Source of the DNA: an uncultured Bacteroidales bacterium
GTDB taxonomy: Bacteria; Bacteroidota; Bacteroidia; Bacteroidales; Paludibacteraceae
NCBI GenBank assembly: GCA_900316995.1
Contig: ONEZ01000010.1
Span: 3,712-67,711 of the forward strand
DNA: 64,000 nucleotides
Direction: 5' to 3'
The position numbers and the translations under genes are program-made. Every line of letters starts with the position of its first letter. Position 1 is the stretch's first letter. This document shows, piece by piece, positions 45,601 to 56,600 of the stretch. Under the pieces are notes generated by a model. That model had not been told where the DNA came from and did no database searches. It was given only the letters and a program-made list of their open reading frames with translations.

Positions 45601-47507
45601 AAACCTTCAACCTCCTTACCGTTTACATTTATTGATTTAAGACGGTTATTCTTTCCTGCATAATCATGAACATACCTTAATGTGTATGTTTTCAAGGCGC
45701 CGCTCTTTGATGTCACCATCAGCGATGTTGAGTTTTCATACGGACGGTCAACAATCTTAACAGTGGACTCTTCACACCTTCTTTGGCAGGAGATAACCCT
45801 GTTACTGCCGTATTTCTCATACTCTATGGTGTATCTGACAACATCTGGATCAAAGTCATCTACTATCTCTCCATTAATCATTATCTGGTCCAGCCTGTTT
45901 TCTGTAGGGTCATCACACTCACTCGGAGCATCAGAGTGCTTGACGCTGAACATTATCCTATATTCACGTGGCAACCTGGCACCTGCTACTGACACTGTTA
46001 CCGTAGAGACTTCTGATACATCCCTGCTGTCAACAACAACGGTCTGCATACCTTCAGGATATGCAGACTCGTATGTTATCTTTTGGGCGCCTGTAGTTCC
46101 TTCAGGCAGTTCCACCCTATATATGTTTTTTGTGGGTGAGAAATCCTTTATGGGTTCACCATTGATAAAAATGTTTTTTAGTGTGGTGTCATCAAACTCC
46201 TTAACTCTGAAGTTTATAGTGTACGTGGCACTTATGTCCGCATCCTGGGCGTGTGTAACTATTTTAAGAATTCCAGGCACCTTAAACTCCCCTATTTCAT
46301 AACTCTGATTTTCGTTTGCCTTTTCCACCTCTATCTTTGGTAGTGACGTCCCGTATGGCAGTTCCACCTCATAATCAGTTATATAAGAGTTGAAACCTGG
46401 AATTTCCACTCCATTTACTTTAATGGATTTCACATACGGGCTGTTATCAGTCATTGAAACAAAGTAGATATTATACGTGGAGGTGGAGCTACCATCCTCT
46501 GCTCTTACAGTTATGGTTGTGGCTCCTTGGTCTTTGGGATTGTAGTTAATGGAGATTTCATCACCTGAAAGAAGACGTCCGCTACGGTAACAGGTTATCT
46601 TTGGCAGTTTGTCATCAACTACAGAATAGTAGTATTCATATTTGTCAGTTTGAAACTTAGGATAGGCAAAGCCGTCAAAACGCAGTTCGTGAATCTTTGA
46701 TGAATATATGAGGCTAATATCATCCACCAATAGCTTGCTTGTCTTACTAAAGGTAGTGGAGGCACGCTTGTTTGGATAGTTGCCTGAACACAATATTATG
46801 TTCATCTTCTCAGGTATATCATTTGTCATATACTTTATAGGCACCTTTATCAATGACCACTCCGGGTAGTCCTGAGTACTCTTAAGCCAACCTTCTGCCA
46901 CCTGCACTGCATTTCCGCTTGGGGTGCTACAGGTGTTACCGTCTGATGTACGGCATATATCTGACTCCTCATCTGTATGTGACGTATTAATGCAACTGCC
47001 AGCTTTTGCCTTATATTTATTGTTATGGGCTGTACCCTTCCATGAGTAATACATAAGACTCATTGTCTCACCGGCAGGGGCAATGCGTTTTACCCATACA
47101 GCCATTGTGTCAGGACGAGCTGTCCATGACATACCGCCATCTGTACCGCCAGAGCCTGTATTAATAGGATCTGTCCACGTGTCATACGTAGCCCACGGAG
47201 TACCAAGTGTAATCCATGATGGAGCCACATCATAAAAGCCTACCGCGCCAACCTCTTTTGACTGTAGTTCCACAGCATAGCTGCCCGAGTGCGCATCAGA
47301 TGTGCGCTTGCCAATTGGAAATTTATAACCTGCTTGAGAAACATTAGACAGGTTCCATACGTCCGGCTGCGGTTCATCCTTAAAAGGTCCCTTACCCCAG
47401 CCTTCAAAACTACTGTTTGGCAACTGGTAGTTGGCAGAATACAAGACAGGGAATGACAAACATAATATTGCTACTGTCAGTAGGCGTTTTCTTAATAAAG
47501 TCTCCAT
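42699..47507 (-). CDS. Giant surface protein A (1602 aa): signal peptide, PCMD-like domain, ~6 cadherin-like beta-sandwich repeats, second PCMD-like domain, ~6 more repeats, conserved Cys-containing C-terminal domain
   Basis: The N-terminus YQLPNSSFEGWG... and the internal IPNGEFDEW... start PCMD-like domains (nt ~44520-45180 for the second). The ~80-aa repeats follow L..I.V.G..I.GF.P....Y.V.LP.GT........Y.I.F, which matches my memory of the Cadherin-like (PF12733) domain. It is a paralog of the next gene. Confidence 0.8.
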   Translation of the reverse strand: METLLRKRLLTVAILCLSFPVLYSANYQLPNSSFEGWGKGPFKDEPQPDVWNLSNVSQAGYKFPIGKRTSDAHSGSYAVELQSKEVGAVGFYDVAPSWITLGTPWATYDTWTDPINTGSGGTDGGMSWTARPDTMAVWVKRIAPAGETMSLMYYSWKGTAHNNKYKAKAGSCINTSHTDEESDICRTSDGNTCSTPSGNAVQVAEGWLKSTQDYPEWSLIKVPIKYMTNDIPEKMNIILCSGNYPNKRASTTFSKTSKLLVDDISLIYSSKIHELRFDGFAYPKFQTDKYEYYYSVVDDKLPKITCYRSGRLLSGDEISINYNPKDQGATTITVRAEDGSSTSTYNIYFVSMTDNSPYVKSIKVNGVEIPGFNSYITDYEVELPYGTSLPKIEVEKANENQSYEIGEFKVPGILKIVTHAQDADISATYTINFRVKEFDDTTLKNIFINGEPIKDFSPTKNIYRVELPEGTTGAQKITYESAYPEGMQTVVVDSRDVSEVSTVTVSVAGARLPREYRIMFSVKHSDAPSECDDPTENRLDQIMINGEIVDDFDPDVVRYTIEYEKYGSNRVISCQRRCEESTVKIVDRPYENSTSLMVTSKSGALKTYTLRYVHDYAGKNNRLKSINVNGKEVEGFNPDVFEYTVDINTADSLVVGYVKGYDIQSVVLSTAGEGHAFLDVISNQKGVENVRYTLHFNRHKSYNAIKGIVVDGKPIENFRPDKFKYIINVKRAPKSIEAVADVPFNKSISENNHVRFETGSSGKLGPARYDLYLHYENDEIPNGEFDEWTDCMHSEEKDTKKPKGWVVPADVESSYGRFNTKYLIEKGEGQVTLKTVRNYWSLAGRFPGLMTLGDIAVDFKAASYTTVKISGGIPFHNTPDAIEMRYNPVSNNKDYIGIDDNYIHMDCSLTDDSGTKTYSFTDYEYNDKWKVKSVPITGKFKNPSQLNIIVNSAKYNSVKDFPYYANGFDFVSYDLCSQLKVDYIRFKYSSKIAKITVDGKKAVINGTDVMAIISSESTGTPLIEIEGEVEDQMYDITYGEYKDNVHHISIRSYAEDGTYTDYNLNVTRSKTDNVGVKSIMVDGKPLEGFDPEKHLYEYELPAGVRYIPDVTVIGKSSSQICNVDYAESKEGLSVTVTAVSESLKESVSYKILFLQGDKDVADLKNIRVIGHELDFKPDGTYYYVKRKAGEYKIPVIEAVKFAEDQTVTTEIKGESSVYNITVKSADGSNDKKYTVEISPVPSEVGTLDMIYYNGVKIEGFDPNVNEYEVKLPYGTSTDVAVTYDLTPPGTQSVSPKITVLDESHINVVLDVVSEVGVPNEYVVDFLIQPDDEARLSDLRVFGKTIEGFDPDRPVYTVEHEAYTDSSFIPLVKDVEYKTLSPNAKVSMRQVTRESITLTSVAASGKTANYVIKTSIKLSDNTKLQAIYYKDVILDNFSPDVHDYEIKLPFGAGTVDKELVTFTAMESGQSVMVVRSESETEIAVEVQVVAQDGVHKSKYIVHFVPDSFDPTSVPTANDVCITGSVSEGWRFTTKCENVSVVLSTLGGAVERIVRLPVVDPNCEDICAPCANGYTYNEDKGGILIYSFLYSSNKLILSGKIKKN

Positions 47508-47637
47508 ATCGTTTAGTTCTGTTATTTACACTAACCATAAAATTAGTTAATATATATTAACAATAAACTATTTAATTGTTAAATATTTTAGCATTTAACA
47601 AGGCGGAGTAAAATTTTAACACTATCTGAGCATATAA

Positions 47638-47666
47638 CAAAAAAAAGCGGGGAACTAAGTCCCCGC
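47638..47666 (-). terminator. Rho-independent terminator of giant gene B
   Basis: The hairpin gcgggga-actaag-tccccgc is followed on the minus strand by a run of 8-9 T. The two giant genes therefore appear to be separate transcription units. Confidence 0.75.
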
Positions 47667-47692
47667 CTCTGTAATAAATTTGTAACAAATTA

Positions 47693-50600
47693 TCACCTGC
47701 ACCTTAACTTGCCTGTGAGTACACGCTGCTTCTGTGCATATAGGAAGTTATAGGTTACCACTTGGTTCTTGACACCGTAATAAACGTAACCTTCAGCATC
47801 AGGGCTACAGATGTCCTCGCAGTTTGGATCAACTGAAGGAAGTTCTGCGATTGAAAGGAACCTACCGGCAAGGTCTGTTATTATTACGGTGAGATTCTTA
47901 CACTTGGTTGTGAATTTCCAACCACCATCTGCCGTACTGGTAACACAAACTTCATTTTGTGTTGGAACCACTGTCGGGTCAAAGTCATCAGGAACAAAGT
48001 GAATTGTGTAAATCTGATACGTCTCTCCGTCCTGAGCAGTTACCTGAAGCTCCACATCAAGGTTGTTCTTCACAACCATGACAGTCTGACCAGGTTCTTG
48101 TGTCTTGTATGTTACAAGTTCCTTGTCGATGGTATTTGAACCAAACGGAAGTTTTATGGTGTATTCATAAACATCTGGTTCAAAGCCGTCAATCAACGCA
48201 TCCTTGTAGAGAATAGCAGCAAGATGTGCATTGTCTGAAACTCTGATTGTGGTTTTGATTACATAGCTTCTAACCGCACCGCTTGGAGCAGTAACTTTTA
48301 GAATCACACACTCTCTTGATGGTTGTGAAACCTCAACTGTCTCATTACTGCTCATCTTCACATACTCCACATCCTTTGGATAAGGAAGAAGCGTGGAGTC
48401 ACTGTAGGCTTCAAGTTCAAATGAGTAGCTATCTATTTCCGGATTGAATCCAACAATAGACTTTCCAAATGTCTTAATATCAGACAGTCTTGTCTCTGAA
48501 TCAGGCATGACTTTAAATATCACAGTGTACTCATTTTCGTCACCACTTTCAGCCTTTACTGAGATTACAGACTTCCATCCATTTTGTGTACCTGTAGTTA
48601 CAACACTTGCACTCTGAGATCCTGGAACTGAGAAATCAAATGTAACCTCTGGAGCATCTACAGTACCGTATGGGAGGTTGACTTCGTAGTCATTATCCTC
48701 TGGCAAGAAATCTGGAACATTTTTACCATTATAGTAAATCATGTCAAGAGTGGTGACATCACATGGCAACAGAGAGAACTTTATGGTGTATGTGTTTGAT
48801 GTGACACCATCAGCCGCTGTAACCTTTATGGTTGAAACACCTGTTACGCTTGTGGTATAGTCGGTTTCAACAGTCTGCTCATCTTCACCTTTTTCGTAAT
48901 CAATGGAAGGTACACTCTTGGCATTATACGGTAGCTTCACCTCATATAAGAACACATCTCCGTCAAATGATGGTATCAACTGGCGTTCATCTCCGAGAGT
49001 GATACTCTTTAGTGTGGCATTATGAGAGAGTTCCCTTTCATAACGTACAACGTAAACGCGCTTATCAAGATTTTGAGCTGTTACGGTAACTGTGTGAATA
49101 AGCCCGTCAACAGATACAGTCTTCTCTATTGTCTGATACTCGTCACCAGCTATATAAGTAACCTCAGGAATAGTTTCAGTTCCTATTGGGAGTATTATCA
49201 CATAGTCTGTTTTCTCCGGCTCAAAGCCTTCAACAGTCTTACCGCCTGACATAAGATCAGACAGTGCGGTGTTGGTTGACTTCTCAACATTGAGAGCAAC
49301 AGAGTAAGTCTGACTGTAATCTGTGTTCTGAGCAACCACGTGAATATTCTCTACATTATCTAATCTGCTCTGGTTTACAGTCTGCCACTCTGTACCCTTG
49401 TCATAACTAACCTCTACTTTAGAAAGGTCTGTGCCAAGAGGAAGCGTTAGGCTATATTCAAGAGTCTCCTTGCTAAAGCCCTCAATCTGAATGCCATCAA
49501 CATATATCATGTTAAGAGTGGCATCGGTGCTAAGAACTACAGTAAAATCAACTACGTAATTCTTTTCATTACCGTTCTCGGCTTTAACATTTATAGTAAC
49601 CTTTGTTCCTTCCACACTCTTTACAATTTTCTGTGCAGGGTGGCCGGCGTCAAACGTAACTTCAGGTATATCTGTTCTTCCTACCGGCAGAGTAATGCTA
49701 TACAATGTCTGCTCAGGATTGAAGCCTTCTATCTCTACCCCGTCTGTATAAATCATGCTGAGGTCTGCATTGTCTGATTTCTCCACACTAAAGTGAATTG
49801 TGTAGGTGCTTGTATTTGAACCATCCTGAGAAACCACATTTATTATGGCGTCTCCATCCAATCCATTTGTAGTTACTGTGATAACCTGACCAAAGTCACC
49901 CATAACAGTTTCAATGGTAGGCAGAGTAACAGTGCCGGCTGGAAGTTTAACACTGTACTCATAGTTCTTTGGTGCAAAGCCTTCCAAAGAAACTCCGTCA
50001 AGAGTTATATCTGCAAGGTCGCTACCCGATGCCAGCTTACGGTCAAATGCAACTACATACTTGTTTTTAGCACCTGATGCAGCAGTAACGTTGATAATAA
50101 ACTCACTATCTGTGGTCTCTGTCTCAACTGTCTGGTAAGGATCTCCCTTGAGGTAAGTTATAACAGGGTCTTCCTTACCCGATGCAACCTCCACCACATA
50201 ATTAAACTTCTCAGGCTCAAAATCAGGAAGTGGCTCATAGTTAGCAGATATTCTGCTGAGCAGTGCATTATCAGATGGTATAACACTGAAATTAAGAACG
50301 TATGTATTCTCATTACCGCTTTCAGAAGTAACATTAACAAGACTTGACTCATTAATGCCACCAATAGTAGCAGAGAGTGTCTGACCCAATGCGCCACCGG
50401 AAGCCCAAACCTCTGGTACATCAGTGGTACCTACAGGTAGGTTAATATTGTACTCATTTTTCTGAGGATCAAACTCTGCAATAGATGTTCCGCCAAGTTT
50501 AATATCAGAAAGAGTATTATTTGTGTTACGCTCAGCTTCAATAGCAACAGTGTAAACCTGAGTATCTGTGCCATTGGCGGCAGTAACAGTAAACTTATAC

Positions 50601-53600
50601 ACACCTGAGAGTTCATCATACTCTGAGCTTAGTGTCTGTTCAGCCTCTGCAAGATATGCGTCTATCTGGCGATTATTGTATAGTGTAACTGGGACTGTAT
50701 ATTCTGTTACATTTGGATTGAAATCCTCAAGAGTCACACCATTCAACTTAATGTCACTGAGTTTCACATTGTTTGACTTTACATTGTCAAATGTGAGTTT
50801 GTACTTGTTTGAAGAGGCGGAAACCGCATTGCTAAGCTGCCATACCACAGAATCTGAATTTACGGTAACTATCATGTCATCTTCAGCAAACTCTCTTGCG
50901 TATGCCACAGCCGCAGCCTCATCGTATGGTTTGCTATAAGTGTACTCCTTAACATCAGGGTCAAAGGCAATCTGCTCAGTAGCACCCGTAACCATCATAG
51001 AAGAGAGTTTGGAAGAAGTATTACTCATAGGAAGCACAGAGAAGTTTACTTTATAACTCTTCTGGCTGTTTCCGTCAGCTGACTTAACCACAAACTGAGT
51101 TGCAGAATTGATACCGCCTTCTGTCATTTCAACCGTCTGAGCATCGTATTTCTTGCTAAAGCTTGTAACAGGCAGGCATGTGCTTCCAGCTGCAAGTTCA
51201 ACGTTGTACTCTTCATTATCAGGTGTAAACGCAATGCTGTAACCTTCAACACTTATATTAGTAAGAGTGGCATCGGCAGCACCCTCCTCTGCAAAGTTTA
51301 TTGTATAGGTCTTTGATGAAGAGCCATCCTCAGACTGGGCATTGATTACAGTCTTGCCAGATGTATATTCCACATTCAAAACCTGATGATTTGATGCGCT
51401 TCCCACCACGATGTCAGGCATAAAGCGTATATCAGGCACTGTAACACTGTATTCAGTTACAGACGGATCAAAACCAGCAAGATCAGCACCATTGATTTTT
51501 ACAGATTTAACATCGGCTACAGATGACTTTGGCCTTGTGATGGTAAGAGTATAGTCTGTATATGACATATCCTCAGCATAACTGCGTATGTTTACCTTAC
51601 GCACTCCGTCAACCTCTTTTCCGTAACTGATATTGTACATCTGGTCATCAACAGCACCAGTAATACTAATTTCAGGAAGTCCGCAATAGTCAGCGTCTAT
51701 GGTGGCGGTAGCTGATGTTCCACTCAAAGCGGCAACCGTACCGTTAACCTTTATTGAATTAATCTTTGAACTATATACAAGCCTTATGTAATCAACACGT
51801 AACTGAGAGCCCGTCGCCACTTTAAAATTAGTCAGACTTCCATACTTATCAAAACTCTTGGCGTTGTCATACTTACTACTATTCACCCACAGATTGAGTG
51901 TTTTTGGAGTTTTTAAATTAAAGCCTAAGCCCTTGGTGTATGTTTTCCAAGTATTATTATATGTTCCGTCAGTGTGTTGGAATGTCTGTGTCGAAGAGCC
52001 GTCAGAAAGAGTACACATTATACGTATATTATCAGACATACCAATTACATCACTATTAGTGGTCACTGGATTATATCTGAAACTTATGTCATCAGGAGTA
52101 TTTCTAAATGTTATACCCTCTCCTATTTCAGTTACAGACTCACCAGCCAGACTAACCTGTACGTTCATGCTACCAATTGACATAATTCCTGGGAAACGAC
52201 CTCCTAAATACCAATAATTTCTGACCGATGTAAGTTCAGCGTATCCGTTGCCTTGTCTTACTGGATAAGATGTTGTAAAATACTCTACATTATCACGGTG
52301 AATCCAGCCATCTGGTTCAGGCCTTACTGCAAAATCAGCAGGTACAGTCCAGCCTACCGGTTTCTTTGCTGACGTATTAACAGATGCGGTAGTCCACTCC
52401 GTAAACTCTCCGTTAGGAATAACGTCTGTGGTATAGTGGAGATACAAATCATACGTAACAGCACTTAACGTACCAGTACCACTCGTCTTGAAACGGATAT
52501 AGTTTGTTGTCTGTTCTGTAGCGGCAATCTGTGTTCCGTCTGGCAATTCTGCAATAACAGAAGCAGGAACGTCATTTACAAGCACCACATACTTGGTTTT
52601 GTATGGGTCAAAGTTCCCAATGGCATTACCATCAATTTCAATTTTTGAAAGTACATTCCACTTTTTCAGATGATTATATGATATGGTGTAAACAGCGTCA
52701 TCAACATTATCCTGATTTGAATGTACTGTAATCACAGATTTATTAAGACCTAATGTGGCAACAGATACTCGCTGCTCATTATAATTCTTAATGACAGTTA
52801 TAACCGGAGCCACGCCTTCATCGATATCTGCAACATAATCAAACTTATCGGCTGCAAAACCGCTGACTGGCAAGCCGTTCACGAGAATGGATTTCAGTGT
52901 GTTATCCTCTCCGTCAAAATGATACTTGAATTTAAGTGTGTAAGTCTTAACATCGCCGTTCTCTGCTATGACTTTTATAACAGAAGCATTAACTGACGTA
53001 CTGTCTGAGACAACAACCTTTGAGTAGCAATCTGATTTCAAATAGCTTATCACACCCTTCTTGTTATCATTGCCAAGCTCCACAACGTACGATGTAACCT
53101 CAGGGTCAAAACTATCAACACTAACTCCGCCAACCTTTATATCATCAAGAGTGCATACTGAAGACTTCTCTCTATTTAATGTTACGGTATAGTCTTTAGC
53201 AGTAACACCATCGGCAGCTATTACAGTAATAACAGTAGGAGTGCCGAGCCTACCATACTTAATAATGTAGGATTGTCCATTAGAGCCCACACAATTTACT
53301 GCACATATATCAGCCGCTCCCTTAGGAAGTGTCACATTATAGTCAAATGTTTCTGGAGCGAATCCACTTATTGACTCAAAGTTCTGTGTCTGTGCGTTGT
53401 ACAACTGCAAATCAGACAAAAGAGCATTGGTCTCAGCCTTTTCAGTAAATCTTACATTATAAACTGATTTTGAACCATTTTCAGCTAAAACAGTGATAAC
53501 CGCATATTTGCCGTCATTTGAAAGTATCACAATCTGAGACTCGGTAGCCTTTGTATATGCAACAACTGGCACAGAGCCCTTTTTAGCCTCAACTTCATAA

Positions 53601-56600
53601 TCAAACACATCACCAGAGAAGCCTTCTATTTCAGTACCATTAACAGATATTCCTGAAAGAAGTGCGTTAGTATCAACCTTGTATGTGAAATGTACTGTAT
53701 AAGTGGCTCTCTCTGTTCCATCCTCTGATGTCACATAGAAAATAGCATCACCGTTAAAGGATGGTATCACTTCATTCAAACGAGATGAAGTATTAGATTT
53801 TACAGCAACCACTGAAGGACAGGCCTGACCTTTTTCCATGTAATAAGTATATTCATAAACCTCAGGATTGAAACCCTCTATAGATACGCCGTCTATTAGA
53901 ATATCAGAAAGTAGTCCGTCAGAGGATTTTTCAGTAGAGAACTTCAGGTAATATATTTTTGTATTGCCGTTCTCTGCCATAACTGATATGGTTGAGGTTC
54001 CGTTAACACTTCCCTCCACTAACTCAACACGCTGTTTTTCATCACCCTTAACGAATTTGATGGCAGGCAATGAATGTGTGCCTTGAGCCAGTCTGATTCT
54101 ATATTCTGTTGTTTCAGGATTAAATCCTTCCACTGTAACACCGTTAACGCTAATATCTGCCAGATTGCAATTTCCGCCCTCTGCTGACACGAATTTGATT
54201 ACATAGACGTTAACAGCACCCTCTTCCGGCACCACTTTAATATTTGCGGTTCCTTCAAGCTGAGGTTTAGTAATAACCACATCCTGGTTACCATCCTTTT
54301 CAACTGTTATAGCAGGACATACAACCGCTTGTGGGCTAAGGGTATATGTATAAGAATAGTTATCAGGTGTGAAACCTTCAAGCGCCACTCCGTCTATAAA
54401 TATATTCTTTAGATTTGCACTTTCTGACTTCTGCACTGAGAAGTTTATGCTGTAAGTGCGTCCGTCACCTGTTTCTGCAATTGTACGCAGGGTTGTAACA
54501 CCTTTCACTCCACCCTTGTTAACATATACCCTTTGGTATTCATCACCAGGGGTGTATGTAATCTCAGGGAGAACTGTGGTTCCTGCTTCAAGTTCATAAT
54601 CATATTCAAAGACATCTGGAGCGAAGCCAGAAATTGTCACACCACCAACCTTAATATCAGCAAGCAAAACATTATCTGACTTTTCTACACTGAATGTAAG
54701 GGAGTATGTGGTAACATCGCCGCTCTGAGCCTTTACCCTAATGGTTGTCACACCGTTCACTCCACCCTCCTTCTTAGTTATCTGCTGAAGGTTATCATAC
54801 GGTGTGTAGGTTATTTCCGGAAGCACCTTGGTTCCACGAGACAGCACAATACTATATTCTGTAACATCCGGACTGAAGCCTTGAATGCTTTCTCCACCAA
54901 CCTTAATATCTTTAAGAGTTGAATTGGTGGCTTGTGTAACACTGAACGCAATGCTGTATGTGGTTACGGTACCGTCCTGTGCTGTCACAATAATCTTGGT
55001 AGTACCGTTTACGCCTCCATATATTACCCTTACACTCTGATAATCATCACCTTGTATCCATGTTACTGCTGGCAGTTCGGTAGTACCTACCGGCAATACG
55101 TATGAGTAAGAAGTAACGTCGGCTGAGAAGTCTGGCAAAGTAACTCCGCCCACCTTCAAGTCAGAGAGTTTTGAATTTGATGACTTTGTAAGAGGGAAAC
55201 TAATCCTGTATATAGAAGTGTTTATTCCGTTTTGAGCCTTTACTGTTATTTTTGTAATTCCGTCAATGCCGCCATCTTCTTTAGTAATAGTCTGATAGTT
55301 ATCACCAGAAGTCCATGTTACGGCTGGTACAGATGTGGTACCGAGCGGCAACGGACATGAATAAGAAAGAGTGGCTGGTGCAAAACCTGGTATTGTAACA
55401 CCTCCAACTTTCAAATCCTGCAAATACGAATAGGCTGACTCGGTAACATTATATGAGATCTTATATACTCTGCTGCTTGTAGCCTCTGGTGCGGAAACAG
55501 TGATTGTTGAAGTTTCTGAAATATCACGGCTGTCAACAACTATGGTCTGGGCACCTTCAGGATATGCGGACACGTATGTAATCTGCTGAGCACCAGTGGT
55601 TCCTACAGGAACATTAACCTTATAGAATGTCTTGGTTGGAGAGAATCCCTCAATAGATACCCCGTTCACAAGAATATCCTTCAGTGTGGTGTCACTTAGT
55701 CCCTTTAATTCAAATTTTATATTGTAAGTAACTGAATAGTCAGTATTCTCAGCATATACTGTAACCTTGGCTGTTCCTGGAATTGTGTAACTTGAAATTT
55801 CAACGGTCTGCTTGTTGTTAGCTTTCACCACATCAATAACAGGCTTCTGCTCTGTTCCGTATGGAAGTGACACAGTGTAATCAGATACGTAAGCGTTAAA
55901 TCCAGACAATTCCGTACCGTTTACCTTAATTGAAGTTGGATACTGATTGGTATCACGCTTTGACACAAAATATATTTTGTATGTGCTTGTAGAACTACCA
56001 TCCTCCGCCTTTACAGTAATAGTGGTAGGAGTTCCATCCTTTGTGCCATATTGTATTGAAATCTCACTGCCGCTTAACTGACGGTCACTACGGAAGCAAG
56101 TGATAACAGGCATTTCATCACCTGTCAATTCGTATGTGTATTCATATTTATCTTTTTTGAATTTAGAATACGCCATACCATTGAAACGCATCTCATAAAT
56201 CTGTGATGAATAGATAAGATGCACATCATCAACTATCATCCAACTTGTGGTGTATTGTCCGCTATTTGCTCTCTTATTGGGGTAATTTGAGCCAGACAAT
56301 ATGATGTTCATTTTTGTAGGCCTGTCATTATTGAAATATTTAATAGGAACCTTAACAAGAGTCCAATTACCATAATTAACTCGAGACCTCAGCCAGCCTT
56401 GAGCTACTTGAACAGCATCGCCAGAAGGGCTCTGACATTCATTACCGTCTGATTTACATATATCTGACTCCTCATCTACTCGTTGCGTAGTGGTACATCC
56501 GCCATTTTTGTTGCCGTATTTATTATTAGTTGCCGTACCATGCCATGAATAGTACACAATATTCATATCCTCATTGCCACCAGCTGTTCCACGCTTCATC

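Noticed and set aside
47508-47692. Invertible (phase-variable) promoter upstream of giant gene A; the same idea was considered for gene B at 57008-57170.
   Set aside because: Only a short 8-bp inverted repeat (ttaacaat...attgttaa, ~47558-47584) is present. There are no 15-30-bp inverted repeats flanking a promoter-sized segment and no site-specific recombinase gene in the window.
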